NCBI GenBank assembly: GCA_963719505.1
Contig: CAVRCF010000005.1
Span: 1,056,001-1,120,000, forward strand
Direction: 5' to 3'
From: Halobacteriovoraceae bacterium
Lineage (GTDB): Bacteria > Bdellovibrionota > Bacteriovoracia > Bacteriovoracales > Bacteriovoracaceae
Length of the DNA stretch: 64,000 nucleotides
Numbering within the stretch: the first letter of the stretch is position 1; each line of letters starts with the position of its first letter. The translations under genes were made by a program, and so were the position numbers. Under the pieces are notes generated by a model, which was given only the letters and a program-made list of their open reading frames with translations, did not search any database and had not been told where the DNA came from. Positions 1-9,696 of this stretch are shown here, piece after piece.

Positions 1-133
1 CTGAGCACCGCTTAAAGTCTTTCTTTCGATTCTTATCGAAGAATTCATTATTAATTTATCTAGGTCATCAAGCAGTACTCTTTCCTGTGATTTATTTAAT
101 CTTTAAACTTAAAAACTAGATTTCTTTCAAGGT

Positions 134-1426
134 CTAGTTCTTTTGGGAAATAAAGTACTTTTCATAAAAGTAAATAATAATCATTAACACCAAAGAAATA
201 ACGATAACCGTTGGGTCATCTTTTCCTTTAACATATAAGAGACCTCCCAAGACAACGAAATCAAGTAAAAGTGAAACCTTTAATATCCAAGAAGAAAATT
301 GAACCTCGTCTCGATTAGCATTTTTAAGCACTCCAAAATGAATAAGCATGTCCATCACTAAATAGAAAAGTGCTCCCATTGCAGCAATTCTACCAACATC
401 AAATGTAATTGTTAATACACCAGCTAATACCGCGATATAAACAAGTACATGGTTTTGAACTGTTCCAGGCATTCCAAAGTGTTTATGAGGAACAAGTTCC
501 ATATCGGTCAGCATCTTTAGCATTCTTGTCACTGCAAACATACTTGCAATAATTCCAGAAACTGTAGCAATTAGTGCAACTCCAACAGTTAAGCTGACTC
601 CGAGTTCTCCCAATATTGGTCGCGAAGCCTCGGCTAGTGAATAATTCTTAGCTTTTAATATTTCCTCTAAACTGAGACTGCTACCTACTGCCAAACTGAC
701 AAGTACATAGACGACTGTACATATAGCTAAAGAGATCAAGATTGCACGCCCAACATTCTTTTTGGGTTCTACAATTTCTCCCCCACTATTGGTAATTGTC
801 GTAAACCCTTTGAAAGCTAAAACTCCAATGGCGATAGCTCCTATAAAGTTTAAAGGTGTCGTTCCCAGTTCGTTGGCATTAAGCGAAGGGAGTGAAACTC
901 CACTTGCAACTAATCCTCCAACGGCCAACAAAACCAGACCAACGGCTTTTAGAATTGCCATTACAAATGAAAAGCTTTGAATTGATTTATTACTAAGTAT
1001 ATTTATTAGAAATGAAAAGACTATAAGTCCTAAGCCCAACCACGGAATATATTCTGCACCAAGGCTTATATACTTTGATTGAACAAGATAGTTACCAAAT
1101 GTTCTTGCGACTAAACTTTGATTAATGATCATCGAGACGAGCATTAGAATTGCACCCCAAGCAGCTATAACTCCTTTGCCATAAACCTTGACGAGGATCA
1201 TTGCAATTCCACCAGACGAAGGATAACTATTAGACATTTTAATGTAAGTATAAGATGTGATGGATGAAACAATGCCTGCCCCAATAAATGCCCACATCAA
1301 TAAATTTCCAGCGTAGTTGGCTATTTGGCCAGTTAGAGCAAAGACTCCAGCACCAATCATTACACCAGTGCCCATTGAAACGGCACCAAGCAAAGAAATA
1401 TTACTTTTTGAATCAGACTTTTCCAA
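134..1426 (-). CDS. APC-family amino acid permease
   Basis: About 12 hydrophobic segments; N-terminal GxMIGAGVF motif and AFKGF...GEIVEPKKN motif typical of APC permeases; TTG start with GAGGAG RBS. Confidence 0.85.
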   Translation of the reverse strand: MEKSDSKSNISLLGAVSMGTGVMIGAGVFALTGQIANYAGNLLMWAFIGAGIVSSITSYTYIKMSNSYPSSGGIAMILVKVYGKGVIAAWGAILMLVSMIINQSLVARTFGNYLVQSKYISLGAEYIPWLGLGLIVFSFLINILSNKSIQSFSFVMAILKAVGLVLLAVGGLVASGVSLPSLNANELGTTPLNFIGAIAIGVLAFKGFTTITNSGGEIVEPKKNVGRAILISLAICTVVYVLVSLAVGSSLSLEEILKAKNYSLAEASRPILGELGVSLTVGVALIATVSGIIASMFAVTRMLKMLTDMELVPHKHFGMPGTVQNHVLVYIAVLAGVLTITFDVGRIAAMGALFYLVMDMLIHFGVLKNANRDEVQFSSWILKVSLLLDFVVLGGLLYVKGKDDPTVIVISLVLMIIIYFYEKYFISQKN

Positions 1427-1478
1427 AATAGGCTCCTCAATAAAATAGATAAAAACGTCAATAAATTCTTCTTAGAAG

Positions 1479-1497
1479 TATACACCACGGGGGTATA
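1479..1497. promoter_or_regulatory. CsoR/RcnR-type operator inside a sigma70-like promoter
   Basis: TATAC-ACCACGGGG-GTATA; on the minus strand it occupies the 17-bp spacer and overlaps the -10 of ATGACA-N17-TATACT upstream of the permease. Confidence 0.7.
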
Positions 1498-1553
1498 TCT
1501 GTCATTTTAAGAAGTTATCTAGTTTTCTAAACATTTTATAGTTTCACCTCAAC

Positions 1554-2420
1554 TCACATTGAAGAAATTTGATCTACTGTTTCAAGTTTTAAGTTTTTAT
1601 TTTCACAAGACTTATTCAATAGCCAACCAAAGATTCTTCTTCTTTGACTTCCAAAGTTAATCTCAGGATGAAACTGTGTTCCAAGAATAGGTCTATTTTC
1701 AAACTCCATTGACTCAGCTATTTGTCCGCTATTTGAAAAAGAAGTTAACTTTATTTTTGGCCATCTTTCTTTTTTAAATTGATTAAAATAATCTACACGA
1801 ACACCTTGATGGTGATACTTATAGCCTCGAAAGTGAGAATACTTTAATATTGATTTAATCAGGGAAGGTCCTTCATTTAAGCGAACTCTATCAAAAAGAT
1901 ATCTACGGTTTTTAATACCAAGTTCTTCTTTAATATCGACGTAAAGTGGAATCCCTTGGGATACCGCAAGCATCTGCATCCCACGACAAATTCCGAGTAC
2001 AGGAAGACTCTTATAGTTTGAGTTAGCAAAATAACTTTTTAATACATCTCTTTCAAAGGGATCGCGAATCTCACCTTCAGTACTATAGTCAACAAGAGAA
2101 TCCAGCTGTTCGATTCTGGCCCTTAAATCAGGCTCTACATTTGCTGTATACAATTTGGGATTTATATCTGCACCACCAGGAATAACAATTCCATCAATAT
2201 CAGAGAAGTCTGATTGGATCTGTTTTTTGTACATATCGACAATTTCAATTTTATAACCATACTTACGGGCTATCTTTTTTAAAGCTCTCCCATAGAAATA
2301 TTTACATTTTGTCGTACAACCAATTTTTAGAACTTCATTTTTTGGAAGCTTACAGGTTTGGTCATGGGCCAATAAAAAAGAAGACTGAATCAATAGCGAG
2401 AAACTTAAAATTTTATACAT
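1554..2420 (-). CDS. Secreted class I glutamine amidotransferase-like peptidase C26 (gamma-glutamyl hydrolase family)
   Basis: PGGADINP, LGICRGMQ (catalytic Cys), HHQGV and QFHPE motifs; signal peptide. Confidence 0.85.
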   Translation of the reverse strand: MYKILSFSLLIQSSFLLAHDQTCKLPKNEVLKIGCTTKCKYFYGRALKKIARKYGYKIEIVDMYKKQIQSDFSDIDGIVIPGGADINPKLYTANVEPDLRARIEQLDSLVDYSTEGEIRDPFERDVLKSYFANSNYKSLPVLGICRGMQMLAVSQGIPLYVDIKEELGIKNRRYLFDRVRLNEGPSLIKSILKYSHFRGYKYHHQGVRVDYFNQFKKERWPKIKLTSFSNSGQIAESMEFENRPILGTQFHPEINFGSQRRRIFGWLLNKSCENKNLKLETVDQISSM

Positions 2421-2568
2421 AGTTATACTCCATCAATATATTGTCTATCAAAACATACTGATATTTATATAGGGAAAATGTTTACGTATCAACAAATTAA
2501 GTCAGTTATAAATTACTTATAGGTCGCTCTATAGAACTTTTACACAACCTGTAATATGATATACTTGT

Positions 2569-2585
2569 ATACACTATGGGGGTAT
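2569..2585. promoter_or_regulatory. CsoR/RcnR-type operator
   Basis: ATAC-ACTATGGGG-GTAT within TTGTAT-N17-TATAAA upstream of the cytochrome lipoprotein. Confidence 0.7.
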
Positions 2586-2611
2586 GCTATAAAACGAATA
2601 TGAGAAGATCT

Positions 2612-2989
2612 ATGAAACAATTACTTGTCATTACTACTCTATCGCTGATGACTTCTTGCTATCAAGAAGTCAATTCCAATAGCTTTGACGACCGCTACTC
2701 AGTGTCTAATGGTATTGATACTAGTACAGCAAATGGTAAAAGACTCTCCGATGCATATGATGTCTTAAGTAATAAATGCATGAATTGTCACACTGGTTAT
2801 CATAATAATTGGTCAGATTTTACTACTGATTCAAAGTGGATAGAAGCAAACCTCGTTGAGTCCAATAATGCTTATCTCTCATCACTGGTGCTTCGAATGA
2901 AAAACACTGGTGGAAATATGCCTAAAGACAATCCACAAATAAAAGAAGAAGATTTTGATATTATTATTGAGTGGATCGATAATATTTAA
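2612..2989 (+). CDS. Monoheme c-type cytochrome lipoprotein
   Basis: Lipobox (LMTSC), CMNCH heme motif, distal-Met motif GNMP, terminal 'IIEWID' helix; start moved to MKQLL because the upstream ATG lies inside the operator. Confidence 0.75.
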   Translation: MKQLLVITTLSLMTSCYQEVNSNSFDDRYSVSNGIDTSTANGKRLSDAYDVLSNKCMNCHTGYHNNWSDFTTDSKWIEANLVESNNAYLSSLVLRMKNTGGNMPKDNPQIKEEDFDIIIEWIDNI

Positions 2990-3777
2990 AAATAAGTTCT
3001 TAAATCCAACCCCCAAAAGCTAGATGGATACTCATTAAGACTTCCTAGTGTGATCGCAAATGATATGTTCTCAAAACTCCATTCTCCAGAGAATTGATAT
3101 CCAAAAGAGAAACTCTCTTCCCCATCAATTCTTCCTCCTGAAGGAGCATTATAGTCGCCTCGTTTAAATAAAAGAGGAATACCAAACTTAACAAAGACTC
3201 TGTCTTTTGGTCGCCAAATAAGACTTGTCATAGACATCAATGCATCAACTGGAATGTCGCTTTGGATAAACTTTATACTATTTGAATCTTCGCCAACTGT
3301 TGCTGTGAGGTAAGCATAGCAAAGACTCGACTCAATTCCCCATAAGGCATTCATTTTTCGATAGCCACCACCTAAACATGGGCCTCTTTCTTTAGAGTTT
3401 AGAGAAGTTACATTTCCAGAAGAGTCTTTTAGTTCAAGGTCATAGTTCCAAGTTAGATAACTCAGACTAACAAAGTAGTCTGAGTTAAATTTACTTCTAT
3501 TAAACTTATCAAGTTCTACATCGTAGAGTTCATATAGTACTTCAAAGTCATACTCATCACTTTGCTCAAATGAGTCTGATTCCTCAAGCATACTGAATAG
3601 CTCTTGAAAAACAGAGGACGAAGGCTTTGTAACACCTCTTTGGATCTCTACCAGTTGTGTTTCAATCTCATGATAAAAGCTTTGTTGATTTTTAGCCTCT
3701 AGTGAGCTTGCTATAGCGGAGCTCACCTGAACAAAAGTAAAAAAAGCAATAAATATATAAATCGATCTTAAAACCAT
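2986..3777 (-). CDS. Putative outer-membrane beta-barrel protein
   Basis: Signal peptide, amphipathic beta-strand pattern, C-terminal aromatic (LRTYF); start overlaps stop of upstream gene. Confidence 0.55.
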   Translation of the reverse strand: MVLRSIYIFIAFFTFVQVSSAIASSLEAKNQQSFYHEIETQLVEIQRGVTKPSSSVFQELFSMLEESDSFEQSDEYDFEVLYELYDVELDKFNRSKFNSDYFVSLSYLTWNYDLELKDSSGNVTSLNSKERGPCLGGGYRKMNALWGIESSLCYAYLTATVGEDSNSIKFIQSDIPVDALMSMTSLIWRPKDRVFVKFGIPLLFKRGDYNAPSGGRIDGEESFSFGYQFSGEWSFENISFAITLGSLNEYPSSFWGLDLRTYF

Positions 3778-4916
3778 AAATGTAATTGTCCTGCAAAATC
3801 CCAAGAGTCATCAGTAACTGAATTGGGGCTATAACTTTTCGTGTTGTACAAATCAATTCGTAACTCAACACCCTGGACAAGGAAATACTGTAATCCAGGG
3901 CCAAGTCTATATGTTTCGGATTCCAAAGTTACATCTGGTTGAAAGTATTCACCTGTCACAAATAGATATGTTCCCCTTCGAAGTAGAATGTGGTTTTGAA
4001 CAAAAGCAAAGGAGCTCTCAACTTGTTCCTGAGTTGCCAAAAATTTCTGTCTCTTTCTTCCAAGTTCCACTAAAATACTCGAGCCTTTGGAGAGACCAAA
4101 CTTTCCATGAACAGAAAGTAAAGTATTTTCAATATAGTCAGATGTTGAGTTTAAAAATGAAAGACCTGGCTTTGATGAATTTGAAAAGTTATATTCTAAT
4201 TTTGTTGAAAAACCTTTTTGTCGAAGATCTTCAGACTGGTACAAACTTCCAATAAATCCGTTGACTCCTATCTCATATTTATCTTCGTTAAAATGTAGCA
4301 ATACTCCGTGTGATTGATCGTTTTGAGCTAGCTCAGTGACAGATCGACTAAAGGCAATATGATCTGGGACTCTAATCCCATAAACCTTATCCATCATTCC
4401 AATATAGAAACCAAAGTTATTAGTTGGTCTTAGACCTATATAATGTTCTCTGGATCGATAATTTCCAACATCCTCTCCTTTTTGTGACCTAGGTGTAGGC
4501 GCGTAGCCATAGCTAATTGATGCAATATACTTATCATTTCCCTGGAGCCGAAAAACAGTATTGATGTCAGCTTGCATGTGTATATATTCAGCCTCACTAC
4601 CGCCTTTATCTATATTTCTCTTCAAGCTTAGACCACGGTAATTTACCGAAGGTCTAATCCAAGAATTAAAGGCCTTCATATATAGGAAACCACTATCTTG
4701 TGCAATTTCATCCTCAGATTTCTCGGAGTCATGCACCCACCTATCAGAGATGGCCGTCGCAGAAACTGCTCTTCCATAATCATTTAATGGTCCATTACCA
4801 TAAGGGTTATAATGGCACGTGAGGCAAGCGTTATAGCCTTGCCCTATAAAATTGGGATAAGAATAAGAATTAAAACTAAGAAGTGTAAAAAAAAGAATGA
4901 GTGATTTTTTATTCAT
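3768..4916 (-). CDS. Monoheme cytochrome-porin fusion (Cyc2-like architecture)
   Basis: Signal peptide, then YPNFIGQGYNACLTCH...LNDYGR, then a beta-strand-rich region ending in barrel signature QLHLWF. Confidence 0.65.
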   Translation of the reverse strand: MNKKSLILFFTLLSFNSYSYPNFIGQGYNACLTCHYNPYGNGPLNDYGRAVSATAISDRWVHDSEKSEDEIAQDSGFLYMKAFNSWIRPSVNYRGLSLKRNIDKGGSEAEYIHMQADINTVFRLQGNDKYIASISYGYAPTPRSQKGEDVGNYRSREHYIGLRPTNNFGFYIGMMDKVYGIRVPDHIAFSRSVTELAQNDQSHGVLLHFNEDKYEIGVNGFIGSLYQSEDLRQKGFSTKLEYNFSNSSKPGLSFLNSTSDYIENTLLSVHGKFGLSKGSSILVELGRKRQKFLATQEQVESSFAFVQNHILLRRGTYLFVTGEYFQPDVTLESETYRLGPGLQYFLVQGVELRIDLYNTKSYSPNSVTDDSWDFAGQLHLWF

Positions 4917-4933
4917 TTGTTACTTTATACATT

Positions 4934-4968
4934 AAAAAGCACGTCTGCATTGAGAAGACGTGCTTTTT
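4934..4968. terminator. Intra-operon intrinsic terminator/stabilising hairpin
   Basis: AAAAAGCACGTCT-loop-AGACGTGCTTTTT perfect stem with A/T tracts. Confidence 0.65.
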
Positions 4969-4988
4969 CTATTTTAATTATTTAAAGA

Positions 4989-5273
4989 CTAGTTAGCTCT
5001 GTGACACTCAAATGGGTCAGTAGCATCGTGTCTGTGACAAGAATAACCAATACTTGTTCCATCAGTTAGATAAAGTTTTACACTTACACCTTGGCTCATG
5101 GGAGAAGCTTTAATACCTTTGAATAGATTGATCTGTGCAACAGTAGCGTCCGCTTCAAACTGAACTAATGAGGCCGTTACTGCTTCACTTGTATCAACTA
5201 AAACATCACCAGGATTTGCGAAAAGTCCTGTTGAAATTGTAAGAAAACTTAAAGTTAATAATAATTTCTTCAT
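4989..5273 (-). CDS. Small secreted protein with CHxH...CH putative metal-binding motif
   Basis: Signal peptide; C-terminal YSCHRHDATDPFECH; homologous to C-terminal domain of the upstream gene. Confidence 0.7.
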   Translation of the reverse strand: MKKLLLTLSFLTISTGLFANPGDVLVDTSEAVTASLVQFEADATVAQINLFKGIKASPMSQGVSVKLYLTDGTSIGYSCHRHDATDPFECHRAN

Positions 5274-5292
5274 TCTAAATTCCTTTGTTTAT

Positions 5293-6048
5293 TTATTTAT
5301 TACCCGTAAGATGGCACTCATACGGGTCACTATCTTCATGTCTGTGACATGAGTAACTCTTTATTTGATTTGCTAATGAAATATTAACTGTAACTCCATC
5401 TGCTTTTAATACTGACTCTATGCTAAGTAAAGACTGCGAGCCATCATTACTTTGAGAAGCAATAAAAGATTTAACGCTGGCACTAACTGCATCTTTTACA
5501 TTTTGTATATTTGCTAGACCAATAACAGCAGTTGGTTCTTCATCATCATCTCCCCAGTCATCATCCCAATCGTCATCATCTTCGTCATCCTCGTCGCTAG
5601 TTGGACATTCTGATGGAATCTGTTGAAGCTCATCTTTAGGTGCACAAGCTTCAATCCATTTTTTTATAAAATCAATTTCTTCCTGCTGAAGTGATCCTTC
5701 AATTGGCATATCTCCACTTTTGACCGATAAAAACAAGCGACTAATCTGAGGTTTTCCTTTAACCAATAAAGGAACAAACCTATCAATCATTGCTTTCTCA
5801 TAAGTAGAAAAGTCAATAGGATCGTTTACAGGTTTTGCATCGGGACCAGAGTGACAAGACATACACTTTGGTTTTAAAATGTATTTCTTTAAAGATTCAT
5901 AGCTCAGCGGAGCCTCACCTCTAATTAATTGATTATCTCTGACTAAATTATTTGTCTCTACAAACTCCAACTTACTTGGATTTCTCTCCATACAGCCAAA
6001 AGCCAACAGAAAAACGCTAAATATAAAAAAGATATTTGTTTTTTGCAT
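5293..6048 (-). CDS. Monoheme cytochrome c lipoprotein with acidic linker and CHxH...CH domain
   Basis: Lipobox (LAFGC), CMSCH, GDMP, poly-D/E linker, C-terminal YSCHRHEDSDPYECH. Confidence 0.75.
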   Translation of the reverse strand: MQKTNIFFIFSVFLLAFGCMERNPSKLEFVETNNLVRDNQLIRGEAPLSYESLKKYILKPKCMSCHSGPDAKPVNDPIDFSTYEKAMIDRFVPLLVKGKPQISRLFLSVKSGDMPIEGSLQQEEIDFIKKWIEACAPKDELQQIPSECPTSDEDDEDDDDWDDDWGDDDEEPTAVIGLANIQNVKDAVSASVKSFIASQSNDGSQSLLSIESVLKADGVTVNISLANQIKSYSCHRHEDSDPYECHLTGNK

Positions 6049-6083
6049 AACTAGACTATATCTCCTCAATTTATTATTTGCAA

Positions 6084-6100
6084 ATACCCAGTAGGGGTAT
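6084..6100. promoter_or_regulatory. CsoR/RcnR-type operator
   Basis: ATAC-CCAGTAGGG-GTAT just upstream of the RBS of the cytochrome/porin operon. Confidence 0.75.
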
Positions 6101-6462
6101 GGTAAATTCTACAAAGAGTGTAGAGAGTATTGACGATTTAATAAAAGAACTATGTATAAAGTATTAAATATTCAGCACCTTGGTAGCCATTACGACTTAA
6201 ATTTTTAATTGTGACACTCTTTTTACAAAACCTTCAAAAGATCAACTACACAGCAGCTACAGCAAGCCTACAAAGTGAAATTTGTCTTAGGTTGAGTCTT
6301 TTGACAATTTTATTTTTTATGTATTCTTCTTCAGTATCACTTTGTCACTGAATAAGTATTATATATCATAGAGACTGTAAGATTACCCTGAAAAACTAGT
6401 TACTTTTTGATACCACTAAAGATCTAACCAACTAACTTCATGAAGATTTAATCATTAATAAT

Positions 6463-6479
6463 GTACCCCCACCCCCTAT
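6463..6479. promoter_or_regulatory. Degenerate CsoR/RcnR-type operator
   Basis: GTAC-CCCCACCCC-CTAT; same length and C-tract but imperfect arms; upstream of the His-rich cluster. Confidence 0.35.
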
Positions 6480-6561
6480 TGAGAAGTTAGACTTTTTTCA
6501 CTGACCTTAGGACTCGGATAGAAGATATTAAACCCACAAATATTTTTCATAGGAGTTAAAA

Positions 6562-7008
6562 ATGAAAATCACACTTGCTTTTATTATATTACTAAGTTTC
6601 TCAAATGCCTTTGCTCGTTGTTACAATGCAAACCAAATTTCAAGAAGTGCTCATCAACTTGCAAATGAAGCAAGTAGATTTGACAATGTTATAGACCACA
6701 TGAATGGCTACTCTCATCTATCAAGGGAAATCCATCAACTAGAAAATGAGGCTAAACATTTTCACAGAACAGTGGAACGTGGATCAAGTTGTAACCATAT
6801 TATAAGAGACTTCAATGATGTTTCTCGAAAATTCCAACATCTATCTAGTTCACTCAGAAGAGCGCACTCAACTCACCACAACCACCATGTAATGAATGAT
6901 TTTTACAGCCTCCAACATTCTTTTCAAGACCTAAGATCAGAAGTAATGAGATTACGAGGTGGTGGACATCACGGAAATGGCGATCACTGGAAATCTGATA
7001 GTCTTTAA
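6562..7008 (+). CDS. Secreted His-rich helical protein
   Basis: Signal peptide, AGGAG RBS, repeated (A/I)HQLxNEAxxF(D/H)xxV(D/E) helices, His-rich tail. Confidence 0.75.
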   Translation: MKITLAFIILLSFSNAFARCYNANQISRSAHQLANEASRFDNVIDHMNGYSHLSREIHQLENEAKHFHRTVERGSSCNHIIRDFNDVSRKFQHLSSSLRRAHSTHHNHHVMNDFYSLQHSFQDLRSEVMRLRGGGHHGNGDHWKSDSL

Positions 7009-7045
7009 AAATCAACTTTATAACAATTAAACCTGGAATGTATTT

Positions 7046-7609
7046 ATGAAAAAGATATTACTACTTTTAACACTTTTAATTTTACCAACACTATCTTTTG
7101 CTGGCTGTAACTCATACATGATTGATAACTATGGAGACGGTGAAGTAATACAATCTTTTCGAAGTCGTGGTTTCATCTTTTCTTGTTACAGAGTTGCTAA
7201 AAAGTGTAGACGAGCTCTAGCGTTTTCTCCGGAAGACGCTGTTTGTATCGATTCAAGAGTTTTCGCATGGAAAATGGTCACTGAGTTATCTCACGATCTA
7301 GAAAAGTCATCAAAGCTACTTCATCGCAACCTAGAAAATATCTTAGGTGATCATGATGAAAGTCAGTCACCAGAAGTTAATCACTTAATTGAGTATGCCC
7401 ATGAACTGTCTGAATCCTCTAAGGAGCTCCATGAAGCCGTTGAGAGATATAGAGTTCAATCTAGAGACACAAGGTCTGAATATAATAAAGTTTTGTTTTA
7501 TATAAATAAAATAAACGCAACTTTTACACATGACCACTTCTCACATGAAACAGTCGAACTACACATGGAGATAAAAAAACTTTTTAGAGACTTAAGACGA
7601 TTTTACTAA
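7046..7609 (+). CDS. Secreted His-rich helical protein (paralog)
   Basis: Signal peptide, Cys-containing N-domain, SHDLEKSSKLLH / AHELSESSKELHEAVE repeats. Confidence 0.7.
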   Translation: MKKILLLLTLLILPTLSFAGCNSYMIDNYGDGEVIQSFRSRGFIFSCYRVAKKCRRALAFSPEDAVCIDSRVFAWKMVTELSHDLEKSSKLLHRNLENILGDHDESQSPEVNHLIEYAHELSESSKELHEAVERYRVQSRDTRSEYNKVLFYINKINATFTHDHFSHETVELHMEIKKLFRDLRRFY

Positions 7610-7637
7610 CTATTAATAAAGAACCAAAGGGTTATAA

Positions 7638-8417
7638 ATGAAGAATCTATTTCAGCCACTACTTATCGTATTTGTCATGCTTTTAGGAAGTATGTCAGCA
7701 TATGCGCATCAAATTACAATTGAAGATCTTAAACTTATTAAAGAGTTCGCCCATGATCTTGAAAAAGAATCTAAAAAGCTTCACGATCAAGTTGAGTTGA
7801 TCATTGCAACACCTACTCAAAATGATGAGGAACTGATTGAGCAACTTCATCTTTTTGAGAAATCAGCAAAACGATTCCATATGGATGTTGAAAGTCACTA
7901 CTCACAGCCAATGCTTACTAGAAATAAATTCTTCGAACTAATGACCCAATATAATATTGTGTCCAGAACGATTGAGGAATTTAATATTTACTCGCAAGTT
8001 GAAAACCAATATCTTGGAATTCTCTCATTAGTTGAATCGATAAACATCTATTATAACTTCTGGAACTATATTCAAATAAAAGAGATCGCTCATCACATTA
8101 ACAAAGTATCTAGCAAGATTTATCGCGCAATAGACTCAGATTTAACGGGTGGACGAACTTCACACGAACGAGGAGCACTGAGAGCATTGAATAATTTCAC
8201 ACTCGCTTCTCATGATTTTCATAATGGAGTGGAAGATAACTTCAGCTCTCCAGAGAATACAAGAGTGACACTAGCTCAACTTCTAGACTCACACTTTGAT
8301 GCTGAATTTGAACTGGATTACATATCTGTATCTCCATTACTTATGAATGCTTTCATTGATTTAAAAGTTGACCTAAGAAAGTTACAAGAAATATATAAAT
8401 GGAATTGGTACTTATAA
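7638..8417 (+). CDS. Secreted His-rich helical protein with two tandem domains (paralog)
   Basis: Signal peptide; AHDLEKESKKLH, LHLFEKSAKRFHMDVE, AHHINKVSSKIY, LNNFTLASHDFHNGVE. Confidence 0.7.
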   Translation: MKNLFQPLLIVFVMLLGSMSAYAHQITIEDLKLIKEFAHDLEKESKKLHDQVELIIATPTQNDEELIEQLHLFEKSAKRFHMDVESHYSQPMLTRNKFFELMTQYNIVSRTIEEFNIYSQVENQYLGILSLVESINIYYNFWNYIQIKEIAHHINKVSSKIYRAIDSDLTGGRTSHERGALRALNNFTLASHDFHNGVEDNFSSPENTRVTLAQLLDSHFDAEFELDYISVSPLLMNAFIDLKVDLRKLQEIYKWNWYL

Positions 8418-8452
8418 AAGTTTCCAACAAATTACTAAGAAAAGGAAAAAAA

Positions 8453-8888
8453 ATGAAACATTTTAATATCTTTAAAGTTTTAATTGTACTTATAACTCTA
8501 AGCTTAAGCGCTAGTGTACTTGCCTCTGACAATAACTGTCGTGGTACATACGATATGTATGACGACACCTGTTATATGGATAATGGAGAATACACCCACT
8601 ACAATTACGACAATGGAAGAAGACTCATCCATGGAAATAATGGCTCTTTTACTTTACACGACTGGAGAGGTGGAAGTCATATTGGTAGTCACTCAGGTAG
8701 ACATTACAATACTCATCAAAGCTACCGATACTCTAGAAATGTTGATCATCGCTACGGACATCAAAATCGTGGTCAATGGAAGATATGATAATCAAAATCG
8801 TGGTCATGGAAGATATGGTAATCAAAATCGCGGACACGGAAGATATGGTAATCAAAATCGTGGACATAGCCGAAGACACACCTATTAA
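8453..8888 (+). CDS. Secreted Gly/His/Arg/Asn-rich protein with NQNRGHGRYG repeats; +1 frameshift near 8775
   Basis: Signal peptide from MKHFNIF; the first repeat unit is 31 nt (ggtcaatgga) against 30 nt (ggtcatgga), and removing one A fuses ORFs 8399..8788 and 8514..8888. Confidence 0.65.
8760..8867 (+). repeat. Coding tandem repeat, about 3.6 x 30 bp
   Basis: ATCAAAATCGYGGWCAYGGAAGATATGRTA units at 8760, 8791, 8821 and partial at 8851. Confidence 0.9.
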
Positions 8889-8897
8889 CATAAACCC

Positions 8898-8927
8898 TAT
8901 GCATAGACTCGTTTCGGTCTATGCATA
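8898..8927. terminator. Hairpin, probable terminator
   Basis: TATGCATAGAC-loop-GTCTATGCATA right after the stop codon. Confidence 0.55.
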
Positions 8928-9162
8928 AAGACAATCACTAAAAAGTAATTAAATAACAGCCTTAACTAACAGGATCTTTTCACCTAGTTTTTCGGACAGC
9001 CTTACTTAGTAAATGAAAGCGCAATACAAAAGAGATCAAGTAAGAAGGAACAATCAGGTTTAATGGCGTAATTATTAGACAGTTGAAAATTCAGATAATC
9101 CCATAATCAAGTAAACTCTGACACACCAAAGACTTGCCGCTAAATCACAAGTAAATATGAGT

Positions 9163-9693
9163 TTAGTTCTCTTCTTGCCGGAGAATTAGTTTTGAATCCT
9201 TAATCCACTTATTTACTTCGAAAATCTCGTTTTCTGTCAGCCCAGAGTCCCAATGTATAATTTTATATTTCAATGGAGGCATTTCATCTTTTTTAATAGT
9301 TTTAAACAATGCATTTAGGTCATCAACTGGACTACCGTGTCCCCCGAACGGGAAGTCATGAGACATATCCATGTGTTTCTTTGCTTCTTCCATATCGTTG
9401 TCCATCGTTTGTTTTACACCCGGAATATTATAGTACCAAGGAAGGTCATTATTAACACCGTGACAAGAAAGACACTTCTTTGCAAATATCTGTTTAACAC
9501 CGTTTAAATATTTACTATTAATTTGCTCTAAAGACTCTTCTGATGGTCCATTTGAAATAATCTCAAAACCATCTGAGTCAAACTCAGTCTGTTCCATTAA
9601 TGAAGATTCATTATGCCCCCCTTCTCCGTCGGCATAAGCAGAAGAAGAAGAGAATATAAAAATCGTTGCAAAAATTGTTAGTAGCTTATTCAT
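9163..9693 (-). CDS. Heme-binding domain protein (Haem_bd-type monoheme cytochrome)
   Basis: Signal peptide, KKCLSCH, LPWYYNIPG, EMPPLKYKIIHW motifs. Confidence 0.8.
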   Translation of the reverse strand: MNKLLTIFATIFIFSSSSAYADGEGGHNESSLMEQTEFDSDGFEIISNGPSEESLEQINSKYLNGVKQIFAKKCLSCHGVNNDLPWYYNIPGVKQTMDNDMEEAKKHMDMSHDFPFGGHGSPVDDLNALFKTIKKDEMPPLKYKIIHWDSGLTENEIFEVNKWIKDSKLILRQEEN

Positions 9694-9696
9694 TAA

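Noticed and set aside
8760-8867. 30-bp repeats as a CRISPR array
   Set aside because: Head-to-tail with no spacers, in-frame decapeptide coding, no cas genes
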